Shown here: positions 37,529-46,775 of the stretch, one piece after another
Layout: each line of letters begins with the position of its first letter
Numbering within the stretch: the stretch's first letter is position 1
NCBI GenBank assembly: GCA_964347045.1
Contig: CAYFXC010000001.1
Span: 128,001 to 192,000 of the forward strand
Length of the DNA stretch: 64,000 nucleotides
Direction: 5' to 3'
Source of the DNA: an uncultured archaeon
GTDB lineage: Archaea > Asgardarchaeota > Hermodarchaeia > Hermodarchaeales > Hermodarchaeaceae
Program-made: the position numbers and the translations under genes
Notes under the pieces: generated by a model
Databases searched by the model: none
Told to the model about the DNA's origin: nothing
The model's input: the letters and a program-made list of their open reading frames with translations, nothing else

Positions 37529-39593
37529 GACGACCACACCATTGATTATTGGCTTTGATATTCTTCCACAAAAGTCTCCATCAGCTCTAAAATCACTTCG
37601 ATACGCTATGGCAATTTTAAAAGGAGAGACCATTGAAACGCGTGATTCAATTCGACGAACAGAGTTACTGAAGAATGTTCGTCAAATTAAACCTGACATT
37701 CTTGCGACTGATAATTTACTTGAGTTGGCTTCCACTGAGAAGGGAGTAATAGATTTTCTTTCAAAGGTTCCCTCAAAAACTCGGGTCATACAGGTTACCG
37801 GGTCTCCGGTTTATGGTATGACATCAATAACGAAATTGGCGAAAAGACATGGACTGCGGATTAAAAGACATCCCACTCCGATTGAAACAGCAACACTACT
37901 CACACAGTTAGCTGCCCTAGGTGTCGGTACAGAAATTTCAGCAATAGCACGGGAAACGCGAATTTCGGTGTCGAGAGCCCGTAATGTTGGACCAGGTGGT
38001 TTTTCGCAAGCGCGATTTCAAAGGCGAATGCATGGAGCTATTCAACAGGTTGCTCGTAGTATTATAGAAAAAATTACAAAAGCTCAAATGGACTTTGATC
38101 AATATGAGACGCGAACATCTTATGGTTGGTCACGATGTTTGATACATGTTTATGATTCATTTGATAATCTGACTAAGATTGTAAAATCAGAAATTAATCG
38201 AGTTGCAGGTGTTGCAGTTCGAATTTCTCCAGTGAAGCATCGTACGATTTTGTATCTCCAAAGTAAGGATAAAAAAGATCAGATCAGTCCACGTAGATTA
38301 TTAGTCGTTGGTGTTGATGCAGGAACAACGGTTGGGATAGCAATTTCAGATGTCGCAGGACGAGTAATTGCCATTCATAGTGGGCGTGGCTTGTCCAGGG
38401 GAGATGTGATACGGTATCTCGTTGATTATGGAAAACCCGTTCTGATTGTTGCAGATGTTTCTCCCGCACCTAGCTTTATTGAAAAACTAAGTACATCACT
38501 TCAAACTCCACTCTTTGTGCCTGAGAAATTATTGTCAGTTGCTGAAAAACGACAGTTGGTAAAATCATTTACTAACGATTCTGGTGTGCAACATCAAAAC
38601 TCACATCAGCGAGACGCCTTAGCGGCTATAGCGAATGTATTTCATGTCTATGATCGAAAATTGAATCTTCTACGAAATCGACTTGCTGAAAGTGAAAAAC
38701 AACACAACGTATCAGAGGCCTTAAAGGTCGTTCTTCAGGGCGGTTCGGTTCATGATGCCATTGACCAATCCCTAATCTTTGAAGGTACTATGAAAATTGA
38801 ATCCCAACCTGCTGAACCATTAAAAGCAACAGAAAAATCATCCACTAATGAAAATCTACAGGAATATATTAACCGGTTGAGACGCCAAGTTGAATCGCTC
38901 AAACGTCAACTGGAATTTGAAAAAAATAAATTTCTTCATAGCCAGGAATCATTAAACCAACTGTGGAAAGATTATCAGAAAACTAAACGACAACTGAATC
39001 GAGTATTAAATATCGAACAACGTGAGAAACGTCGTGATGAACATATTAGAAGAAAAAATGAGGAGATCACACGCCTTCAGAAGACACTCAAGAAAGCCAA
39101 TGAGAAGATTGAAACCGCGGAACATACGATTTCAAACCTAAAATTGATGCGGCAACTTGAAACCCGTGGAGAAGTTCAGCCCATTCTCGTACTTCACCAT
39201 TTTTCGCAAGAAGAAATAAGACGAATAAAAACACGCTATTCAAAGAAAAAAGCAAAAATCGTTCTGATTCAAGACCCAAGTGGTGGAGGAAGCTCAACAG
39301 CAGAGCATCTAATTCAAAATGGCGTTCAAATCATCATTACGAAAGGAACTATGTCGCATTTAGCGCTCAACCAATTTACCTCTGCGCATATTCCTGTGAT
39401 TGAAGCGAAAAAACTGCGCATAACAATGGTTGATGAATTTGCAGTTGTTAATGTTCAGCAGTTGGATGAAGAAATCAGGAAATGGCAGGAAAGGCATAAA
39501 GTCGCTGAACGCGAAGCGGCAGCAGATTCCTTAGAACGTCTTATTGAGGAATATCGCCAAGAAAGGCGGAGTGAAGAATCCGAACGAAAATAA
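37521..39593 (+). CDS. DUF460 domain protein (RNase H-like plus coiled coil)
   Basis: ATDNLLEL, GPGGFSQARFQR, VGVDAGTTVG, HQRDALAA, C-terminal coiled coil. Confidence 0.9.
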   Translation: MSETTTPLIIGFDILPQKSPSALKSLRYAMAILKGETIETRDSIRRTELLKNVRQIKPDILATDNLLELASTEKGVIDFLSKVPSKTRVIQVTGSPVYGMTSITKLAKRHGLRIKRHPTPIETATLLTQLAALGVGTEISAIARETRISVSRARNVGPGGFSQARFQRRMHGAIQQVARSIIEKITKAQMDFDQYETRTSYGWSRCLIHVYDSFDNLTKIVKSEINRVAGVAVRISPVKHRTILYLQSKDKKDQISPRRLLVVGVDAGTTVGIAISDVAGRVIAIHSGRGLSRGDVIRYLVDYGKPVLIVADVSPAPSFIEKLSTSLQTPLFVPEKLLSVAEKRQLVKSFTNDSGVQHQNSHQRDALAAIANVFHVYDRKLNLLRNRLAESEKQHNVSEALKVVLQGGSVHDAIDQSLIFEGTMKIESQPAEPLKATEKSSTNENLQEYINRLRRQVESLKRQLEFEKNKFLHSQESLNQLWKDYQKTKRQLNRVLNIEQREKRRDEHIRRKNEEITRLQKTLKKANEKIETAEHTISNLKLMRQLETRGEVQPILVLHHFSQEEIRRIKTRYSKKKAKIVLIQDPSGGGSSTAEHLIQNGVQIIITKGTMSHLALNQFTSAHIPVIEAKKLRITMVDEFAVVNVQQLDEEIRKWQERHKVAEREAAADSLERLIEEYRQERRSEESERK

Positions 39594-39624
39594 CATTCTT
39601 CTGAGTATGTCGCCTTTTTTCGTT

Positions 39625-39885
39625 CTATTCTTTATTTTCCCAAATAATCTGTGTGAGATCGGGTTTAATATAGAGTATGTTATTCCCCCGAATTAAGACC
39701 TCACCAAATTTCGCAGTTGGGTTTCCTTCCATGAGTTCCTCGGCCCCTTCAAGAACAAGGTTCATATACACATCTATCTCCTTAAGGCGACCACGGTATT
39801 CCGTTCCATCTTTGAGTTTAATCAAAACAAGATTAGTAATCGCTTTTTGTAAGATTTTTATTGGCTGGTTCTCCACGGGTTTCAA
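39625..39885 (-). CDS. Sm-like (Lsm/SmAP) protein
   Basis: LKDGTEYRGRLKEIDVYMNLVL; LIRGNNILYI. Confidence 0.95.
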   Translation of the reverse strand: MKPVENQPIKILQKAITNLVLIKLKDGTEYRGRLKEIDVYMNLVLEGAEELMEGNPTAKFGEVLIRGNNILYIKPDLTQIIWENKE

Positions 39886-39969
39886 CCTCGAAAGTATCTC
39901 TGCTAATTGTAAAATGCCACTTAAAGCTAACGGTCAGATAAAAAGCTAGGAGAAGTTAAATAGCAAGTT

Positions 39970-40503
39970 TCATGACAGCTGGATAACTAGACCGTCATCT
40001 TCATCTGCGAGATTTTCAAATTTTTTTATAATATTATATCTTGTATTAAGATTTGCTTCAAGTTCATGAAGAGGAAATTTCTTTGAAAGGCTGGTTACAG
40101 CTAACATACCATCTTTATGCAATATGCGGATGAGTTCAACTAGCCCCTGGTGAATATCTGCCAGGTTTTGAATCACTGTAATGCAAACCACAGTGGGGAC
40201 ACAAAAGTCTCGAAATGGCAAAGCTTCAGCAAAGGCACATACCAAAGAAACAAATTCCCTTTTTTGTTCTAAGTCATTGATCTGCTCTGATGCAACTCGC
40301 AGCATCTCAATCGCTCCGTCAACACCAACAATTGGTAAAAAATCAACTAAAGAAGCTAATCCAATTCCGGTTCCTACTCCTACATCAATAATTGGACCTT
40401 TACATAGAAATGGCGTAATCGCTTGATATTTTACCTTTTGAATTCGACGATATCGTAGATTGTATATTGGTGCTGATTCGTCATATAATCGAATTTTTCG
40501 CAC
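39970..40503 (-). CDS. Class I SAM-dependent methyltransferase
   Basis: IDVGVGTG, VGVD, AEALPFRD. Confidence 0.87.
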   Translation of the reverse strand: MRKIRLYDESAPIYNLRYRRIQKVKYQAITPFLCKGPIIDVGVGTGIGLASLVDFLPIVGVDGAIEMLRVASEQINDLEQKREFVSLVCAFAEALPFRDFCVPTVVCITVIQNLADIHQGLVELIRILHKDGMLAVTSLSKKFPLHELEANLNTRYNIIKKFENLADEDDGLVIQLS

Positions 40504-40585
40504 AATTTCTACCTACGAGTGAATACTTATTTAGAATTATGGGGTGACATCGACAGGAAAGAAATTGCCTGACCATAAGTTTTCG

Positions 40586-41368
40586 ATGAGTGACAAAATT
40601 TGGCTTCTCCAATCCCCAACACTCAAAACAGCGTACGCTGTACTTGAAGATGCAATTTCTCAGAAACGATTTATCCAAATAATCGGTAGTTGCTTTGTTG
40701 AATATCAAGGACGGGCACGATCAGTTCTTACTGAAGGAGAACGTCTAATTCTGCTGAAACGTGATGGAACAATTCTGGTTCACAAAGAGAGTGGTGTTGA
40801 ACCAGTTAACTGGCAGCCACCTGGCGCAACAATTAAAGTGTTTTTCGAAGATGATGCCCTTTTTCTATTTGCAAATCGCGCTAAACCCCGTGAAACGGTT
40901 CGTATCGAATTCTCTTCTCTCACGATGGTGAGTGCAAGCCTTGTTGACGATCCTGGCGAATTCAGTATGTACTTGACGGAGGCTGAAATGCAGCAAGTTC
41001 TAAGCGCTCATCCTGAACTGATTGAACCGGGTCTTCGAACAATCAGTAGAGAACGACAGGTTGTACCAGGATTCATCGACATATTTGCACGTGATAGTGA
41101 AGGTCGGTTGGTAATCATCGAAGTTAAACGGCGTCGAGCCAACAGTGACGCCGTGCATCAACTTCATGGTTATATTAAGAGTTTTCAAACCGATGAATCA
41201 ACCAAACTCCGAGGCATTCTCGTTGCGCCAAGTCTTACTAAAGGCACCCAAACGTTACTCGAACAACTCAAGCTAGAATATCGGAAAATTGAGCCACAAC
41301 AATGCGCAATTTATCTTCATCAAACAAGCTCGCGCAAGCTAACTGATTTTCTATCGGATATAGATTAA
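40586..41368 (+). CDS. nucS: Endonuclease NucS/EndoMS
   Basis: YQGRARS, KRDGTILVH, PVNWQPPG, IDIFARD, IEVKR, QLHGY; C-terminal PIP-like KLTDFL. Confidence 0.95.
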   Translation: MSDKIWLLQSPTLKTAYAVLEDAISQKRFIQIIGSCFVEYQGRARSVLTEGERLILLKRDGTILVHKESGVEPVNWQPPGATIKVFFEDDALFLFANRAKPRETVRIEFSSLTMVSASLVDDPGEFSMYLTEAEMQQVLSAHPELIEPGLRTISRERQVVPGFIDIFARDSEGRLVIIEVKRRRANSDAVHQLHGYIKSFQTDESTKLRGILVAPSLTKGTQTLLEQLKLEYRKIEPQQCAIYLHQTSSRKLTDFLSDID

Positions 41369-41376
41369 CAGTTAGG

Positions 41377-41892
41377 CTAACTAATACACGACCATGCTAT
41401 TTGTCGGAAAGCATCTGTGACACCTTGCCCCTCCTTAGCACTGGTTTCGAAATATCCCCATCCAAGCTGCTGAGCATAAGCCATACCCTCCTCGGTTGTG
41501 GCTTGCCGTTGATCCACCAAATCCACTTTGTTTGCTAATAAAACAGTGGGCACAGTACCAGTTACCTGCGAGACCTCTGAAAACCATTCAGGAATAGCTT
41601 CAAACGTTCGACGGCGCGTAACATCATAGACTAAAATTACACCAGCGGCACCACGATAAAAGACAGGACGTACTGAACTGAAATGCGGTTGTCCAGCCAG
41701 GTCCCATAACTGTAACCGTACTAATGTATCACCGAAATTCAACTCTTTCACTGCGAACGAAGTACCCACAGTCATGATGTAGGATTCTCGAAAGTGCCCT
41801 TCGGTGTAGCGTATAATGAGACTTGTCTTCCCAACTGCACCATCACCGACGACACAGACTTTGAGTACGTATTGGCGTTGTTGCATACTCAT
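41377..41892 (-). CDS. Rab-like small GTPase
   Basis: GDGAVGKTS, TVG, WDLAGQ, FYRGAAG, NKVD, ETSAK. Confidence 0.93.
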   Translation of the reverse strand: MSMQQRQYVLKVCVVGDGAVGKTSLIIRYTEGHFRESYIMTVGTSFAVKELNFGDTLVRLQLWDLAGQPHFSSVRPVFYRGAAGVILVYDVTRRRTFEAIPEWFSEVSQVTGTVPTVLLANKVDLVDQRQATTEEGMAYAQQLGWGYFETSAKEGQGVTDAFRQIAWSCIS

Positions 41893-42060
41893 GTAGCTTG
41901 CTCCTTATGAGGGCTCGGTTTGTCTGACTTTCGTTTGTGAACATATATTGGTTTCGTTTACCATGGGCTTTTAGGCTTAGGTAATTAATTTCGCCCAATG
42001 ATTTTTATCCTGCTGAAGGTTGTTAGGGCAGGCTAGGAACTTATGGAGTGTATACTTACA

Positions 42061-45033
42061 ATGCCTGTTTCAGAGCTTCCCAAAAAATTTGATCTTCCCT
42101 CCTTAGAAGAGGAGGTGCTAAAATTCTGGCAAAAACATCGCGTGTATGAGCAAGTAACTGAACTGCTTCTTAATCGTCCTATCTTCAAGTTTTTGGATGG
42201 TCCTCCCTACACTACTGGCGCGATTCATTTGGGTACTGCATGGAACAAAATTATGAAGGACTTGGTCCTACGGTATCGTCGGATGCAGGGGTTTCGCGTA
42301 ATCGATACTCCTGGGTTTGATATGCACGGATTACCAATTGAGGTTCATGTTGAAAAAGAACTCGGCATAAAATCAAAGCTGGAAATTGAAACGAAAATTG
42401 GCGTTGATAAATTTATTTCACGGTGCCAAGAGTTTGCTCTTTCTAATTTGGGAATTATGACAGAACAATTCCAAAGGTTAGGTGTCTGGATGGACTGGAA
42501 TCGTCCTTATCGAACGATTGATAACCCATATATTGAAGGTACATGGTATTTGATGAAACGAGCCCATGAACGGGGATTCTTGTATCGTGGATTGCGTTCG
42601 ATTGATTGTTGTGTTCGCTGCGAAACAGCTCTAGCGAAACGTGAACACGAGTACCGGACAATTGTAGATTATTCGATTTGGGTCAAGTTTCCGGTTATTG
42701 ATCGACCAAACGAGTTCATTGTTATTTGGACTACAACACCTTGGACATTACCTGCTAATATGGCCGTAATGGTGAATCCAGAGTTTGATTATGTTCGCGT
42801 TCGTGTTGAAAACGAAGTATGGATTTTGGCGAAAGGATTAGCAAATATCATTTTACAAGGGCTATTAAACAAGCCTTATGAAGTCATAGAAGTGGTCAAT
42901 GGATCGAAACTTCTTGGTCTCCGATATGAACATCCTTTGGTAGAAGAAGTCCCTCGCCAAGCTGAACTCCACAAAGATTCAAAGAAAGTTCATTCCGTGG
43001 TTTTAAGTGATGAATATGTTACTTTAGAACAGGGTACAGGTCTTGTTCATATGGCACCAGGACATGGTCCCCAAGATTTCGAAGTAGGTGAAAGGGAAGG
43101 AATACCAATTTTTTGTCCGGTAACATTTTCTGGAACTTTTTCTGAAGATGGTGGAAAATACGCCGGGATGAAAGTTCAAAAGGTAAGTGAAGTTGTTCTT
43201 GAGGATCTACGTAGGAAGGATTTGTTAGTTCATCAAGATACTATTGAGCACGAATATGCTCATTGTTGGCGATGTAATAGCCCGTTAGTCTTTCTTGCTA
43301 CTGATCAATGGTTCCTACGCGTTAGTGATCTTAGGAATGATATTATCAAAAAGAACGAGGATGTTCGGTGGGTTCCGGATTGGGCTGGTCATACATGGTT
43401 TAGAAATTGGGTACAAAATCTTCGTGACTGGTGTATCTCACGTCAGCGTTACTGGGGTGCCCCTCTTCCCATATGGACCTGTGATAAATGTGATGAAATA
43501 GAAGTGATTGGGAGCATTGAAGAATTAAATGAAAAAACTGGCAAGGTTTTCGAGAACCTTCATAGGCCATGGGTTGATGAAGCGAATTGGACTTGCATGA
43601 AATGTGGAGGTAAAATGTCGAGAGTTCGCGATGTTCTTGATGTTTGGTTAGACAGTGGTGTTGCTCCTTGGGCAACACGATGGGCGACTTTTGGCACTAA
43701 AGATTTTGATAATTGGGAAACGGCTGAATTTGTTATTGAAGGCAAAGATCAAATCAGCAATTGGTTCAACACCCTCTTCAATTCGACCATGTTAGTTGCA
43801 GACCGAGAACCGTACAAAAATGTGTATATGCATGGATTTACGAGTGACGAACAAGGTCGGCCTATGTCCAAATCTAAGGGCGTTGGAGTTCTTCCAGAGG
43901 AGATAGTGGAAAAAGTTGGAGCAGAGACTCTTCGGATTTATAGTATCAAAAGCACTGGTCCTGGCGAGGATATGCATTTTCTCTGGAAAGATGTTGAAGA
44001 TACTCGGCGTGTTCTTTTGATTTTATGGAATGTATACGTTTTTGCATCAACATTCATGAAAGCAGCGAATTTTGATCCAAAATTACACAAAATGGAGCCC
44101 AAAAATCTTCAGTATGAGGATCGCTGGATTCTTTCTCAGTTAACCTCGCTCATTAAACAAGTCACCGAACGACTAGATAAATATGAATTACCATACGTGC
44201 CTCGTTTAATGGAAGACTTTGTTGTAAAAGATCTTAGTCGGTGGTATATCAAACTCATTCGGCCTCGAACTTGGGTTAGTTCTCAGGATGAAACAAAGAT
44301 TCAAGCATTTACAACACTTTATAATGTGTTACGCACTCTTTTGGCAGTCTTAGCTCCAGTTTTACCTTTCCTAACTGAAAAAATGTATCAGGCTCTCATT
44401 CGTTCGGTCGAACCTGATGCTCCGATTAGTGTTCATATGCTTCCTTGGCCTTCTGTGGATGAGCATCTTATAGATTCTGAATTAAGCCAAGAAATGGAGT
44501 GGGTATCTGAAATCGTTGAGTCAGTACAATATGTTCGGCAGGAAGCAGGTATTAAACTTCGATGGCCCTGTCAAAGATTGATTATTGTTCCATTGAAGAA
44601 GGAATTTCAACTAGATCACTTCAGCGACGTTGTCGCTAGCCAAGCAAATGTAAAAACCGTTGAGATTCTTAAAAAAATCAAGGGTGAATCTTTACTAGAA
44701 AAGGAGCTGGCCTTTGCTACGATTTATCTCGATATTTCAGAGACTCCTGAACTTCGTGCGGAACGCCTTGCACGAGATTTGATTCGTCAAATTCAATCTA
44801 CACGGAAAAAAGAGGGTTTACATGTTACACAGCGTATCAAACTTCATGTGGCAACTAAATCACCGGAACTACGATCGGCAATAGAAAATACTTCTGAGTC
44901 TATATCCGCAAAAGTGGGGGCTTCGGTGTTAAATATCTATGAAAATTTACCAATTATGAAGGGCGCTGCCAAGGGCAAGGTAAAATTCGCTGATGGTGAA
45001 ATCCAATTTGCATTTCTTGTGCAAGATGAATAG
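42061..45033 (+). CDS. ileS: Isoleucine--tRNA ligase
   Basis: DGPPY, HLGT (HIGH), WTTTPWTLPAN, GTGLVHMAP, DWCISRQRYWG, PMSKS. Confidence 0.97.
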   Translation: MPVSELPKKFDLPSLEEEVLKFWQKHRVYEQVTELLLNRPIFKFLDGPPYTTGAIHLGTAWNKIMKDLVLRYRRMQGFRVIDTPGFDMHGLPIEVHVEKELGIKSKLEIETKIGVDKFISRCQEFALSNLGIMTEQFQRLGVWMDWNRPYRTIDNPYIEGTWYLMKRAHERGFLYRGLRSIDCCVRCETALAKREHEYRTIVDYSIWVKFPVIDRPNEFIVIWTTTPWTLPANMAVMVNPEFDYVRVRVENEVWILAKGLANIILQGLLNKPYEVIEVVNGSKLLGLRYEHPLVEEVPRQAELHKDSKKVHSVVLSDEYVTLEQGTGLVHMAPGHGPQDFEVGEREGIPIFCPVTFSGTFSEDGGKYAGMKVQKVSEVVLEDLRRKDLLVHQDTIEHEYAHCWRCNSPLVFLATDQWFLRVSDLRNDIIKKNEDVRWVPDWAGHTWFRNWVQNLRDWCISRQRYWGAPLPIWTCDKCDEIEVIGSIEELNEKTGKVFENLHRPWVDEANWTCMKCGGKMSRVRDVLDVWLDSGVAPWATRWATFGTKDFDNWETAEFVIEGKDQISNWFNTLFNSTMLVADREPYKNVYMHGFTSDEQGRPMSKSKGVGVLPEEIVEKVGAETLRIYSIKSTGPGEDMHFLWKDVEDTRRVLLILWNVYVFASTFMKAANFDPKLHKMEPKNLQYEDRWILSQLTSLIKQVTERLDKYELPYVPRLMEDFVVKDLSRWYIKLIRPRTWVSSQDETKIQAFTTLYNVLRTLLAVLAPVLPFLTEKMYQALIRSVEPDAPISVHMLPWPSVDEHLIDSELSQEMEWVSEIVESVQYVRQEAGIKLRWPCQRLIIVPLKKEFQLDHFSDVVASQANVKTVEILKKIKGESLLEKELAFATIYLDISETPELRAERLARDLIRQIQSTRKKEGLHVTQRIKLHVATKSPELRSAIENTSESISAKVGASVLNIYENLPIMKGAAKGKVKFADGEIQFAFLVQDE

Positions 45034-45044
45034 GTGTGCCAACA

Positions 45045-45052
45045 CATTTAAG
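45045..45052 (+). promoter_or_regulatory. Putative TATA box for the tRNA-Ile gene
   Basis: CATTTAAG about 30 nt upstream of the tRNA 5' end. Confidence 0.4.
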
Positions 45053-45079
45053 CCACAATAAATATCACTCACTCGATAC

Positions 45080-45225
45080 GGGCACGTGGCTTAGCCTGAT
45101 GGAGCGCCGAACTATCGTGCATTTAGCGCGAAGTGTGTATGCCTTATATGGTGTCGCTCTGAACATTCGTTTGCGAAGCCTAGGTTAGCCGGAGGTCGCG
45201 GGTTTGAATCCCGCCGTGCCCACCA
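45080..45225 (+). tRNA. tRNA-Ile(TAT) with two introns (45110-45140 at 29/30; 45149-45186 at 37/38); encoded CCA
   Basis: Spliced: GGGCACG TG GCTT AGCCTGATG GAGC G CCG^GC CT TAT A^A GCCGG AGGTC GCGGG TTTGAAT CCCGC CGTGCCC A CCA; fully paired cloverleaf, A73, bulge-helix motifs at both introns. Confidence 0.85.
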
Positions 45226-45228
45226 TCT

Positions 45229-46767
45229 TCATTTAGTTCTTCCTTTCTTTTCAAATTTCTTAGTCATAGTTTCAAAATCTTCTCCAAAAGCCGTTTCTTT
45301 AGTTGTTCGTTTTCGGACCTGAATGAAAACTGGAAACCGAGTAGCCTGGCCAACTACTAATGCTTCTCCAACACTAAGGCTTGAAATAGACGTCAAAGTT
45401 GCTTTTGTGATTTTTTCTGATGTAGCTCTAATGTGATCTAAGTCATAGGGGTTAGTAATTCTAAGAAATATGTTAGATCCACATTGTGAGAGAACTGTGG
45501 TTGAGAGTCGAACTGGTCGTTGTGAAATAATACACAAAGAGAGGTTATATTTACGACCTTCTCGGGCAATAGTTTCAATTATTCCCTTTGAAAAAGCTAG
45601 GGCACGGCGTGCTTCAGGACAGAATTGATGAGATTCCTCGAGAAACACAATTGTAGGAGGTATTTCCTCATCTCGTCTCAAGTCGAATAAATGTCTAAGA
45701 ACAGCATCGACAATGATTTGCTTCTTTTGAAGACTCACCGTTTCACTCATATCAAGTATAACTCCATGGCCAGATTTCATTAACTTCTTCCATTCTGGTG
45801 TCGAAGTCTTTCCGAAGAGATTGAGACTTTGGAGATTATCTAACCATCCCAATAGTGCTTCACGCGTTCGAGTGTTTATCGAAGGATCCTTTTCTAGCGC
45901 TTCAATCAAATCTCCTAAATCATAGGGTCTTCCTTTTCGAACACTACGTAGTGTTCGAATAATACGTGTCAGTTCACGAACCTGGATTGTTCCCATATCT
46001 GGAGAATATATCGCAAAGGATTTTGCACTCATTCGTGGTGTTGCTATCTCAACTAGAGGGCTCCGAATTACTACGAGGCGTTTTTCAATGTTTTTTCCTT
46101 TGATTTCTTGAGTGTCTGCAAACCCTGTGTATTCACCATGAACGTCAATTACAAGTAATGCTGGACGCCCTTGAGCCACTCTTCTTGATAAGAGTTCTTC
46201 GAGCATAACAGAAGCGGCATAACTTTTTCCAGCTCCACTCATTGCCAAGAGTGCAACGTGCTTTTGATACATTTTTGTCAAATCAAAAGTCGCAGGAATA
46301 TTATGAAATAGTAAATGACCAAGCTCAATTCCCTCTTCAGCAAATCCAAGAAAACGTGACAAAATTTTTGGGTCTGGTGAAGAAACAATAGCGCCTGGCG
46401 AGGGAGGATACGTAATTCGGTGAATCTGCCCATTATCAAAAATCCCTAAAGGATTTGCTTCGGCTAACACGTATTCCCATCGGTCAATAGGAAAAATCGC
46501 TCCAAAGGGTCTTCCTGACCGTGTAAATTCATGTACGGCGTCAACTTGCGAAAAATAGCGGTTCGTCTTGAATACATGCTCAACATGAGCGATGACTAAT
46601 CCTTCTTCAGTTTCAACAGAAACGTATTGTCCTACGTGAACGGGTATCTCATTCTTAGTGTTTTGTTCATCACGTTTTCCAATGACAAAGGAAATCTTTT
46701 CTGTTGACGGGCTATCTTCAGTGCATACAACAGTTCCAAGCGATTCAGAGTTCATTTGAGTCTTCAC
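45229..46767 (-). CDS. herA: HerA helicase/ATPase
   Basis: N-terminal HAS barrel; HVALLAMSGAGKSY, IDVHGEY, LEESHQF, REGRKY, SQRP. Confidence 0.9.
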   Translation of the reverse strand: MKTQMNSESLGTVVCTEDSPSTEKISFVIGKRDEQNTKNEIPVHVGQYVSVETEEGLVIAHVEHVFKTNRYFSQVDAVHEFTRSGRPFGAIFPIDRWEYVLAEANPLGIFDNGQIHRITYPPSPGAIVSSPDPKILSRFLGFAEEGIELGHLLFHNIPATFDLTKMYQKHVALLAMSGAGKSYAASVMLEELLSRRVAQGRPALLVIDVHGEYTGFADTQEIKGKNIEKRLVVIRSPLVEIATPRMSAKSFAIYSPDMGTIQVRELTRIIRTLRSVRKGRPYDLGDLIEALEKDPSINTRTREALLGWLDNLQSLNLFGKTSTPEWKKLMKSGHGVILDMSETVSLQKKQIIVDAVLRHLFDLRRDEEIPPTIVFLEESHQFCPEARRALAFSKGIIETIAREGRKYNLSLCIISQRPVRLSTTVLSQCGSNIFLRITNPYDLDHIRATSEKITKATLTSISSLSVGEALVVGQATRFPVFIQVRKRTTKETAFGEDFETMTKKFEKKGRTK

Positions 46768-46775
46768 CTTTAATT

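Noticed and set aside
41377-41394. CaaX/Rab prenylation signal
   Set aside because: Cys is third from the end (SCIS); fits neither CaaX, CC nor CXC
45169-45177. TT-TGC-GA looks like a tRNA-Ala(TGC) anticodon loop
   Set aside because: Lies in the second intron's hairpin, cannot be flanked by the CCGGC/GCCGG stem, and the acceptor has G3-C70 rather than the Ala G3-U70 determinant
45178-45192. Single-intron reading giving GC-CT-AGG-TTA-GCCGG (Pro-like AGG)
   Set aside because: Produces an 8-nt loop with pyrimidine 37 and no BHB; the two-intron model gives a canonical 7-nt loop and splice motifs at all four junctions
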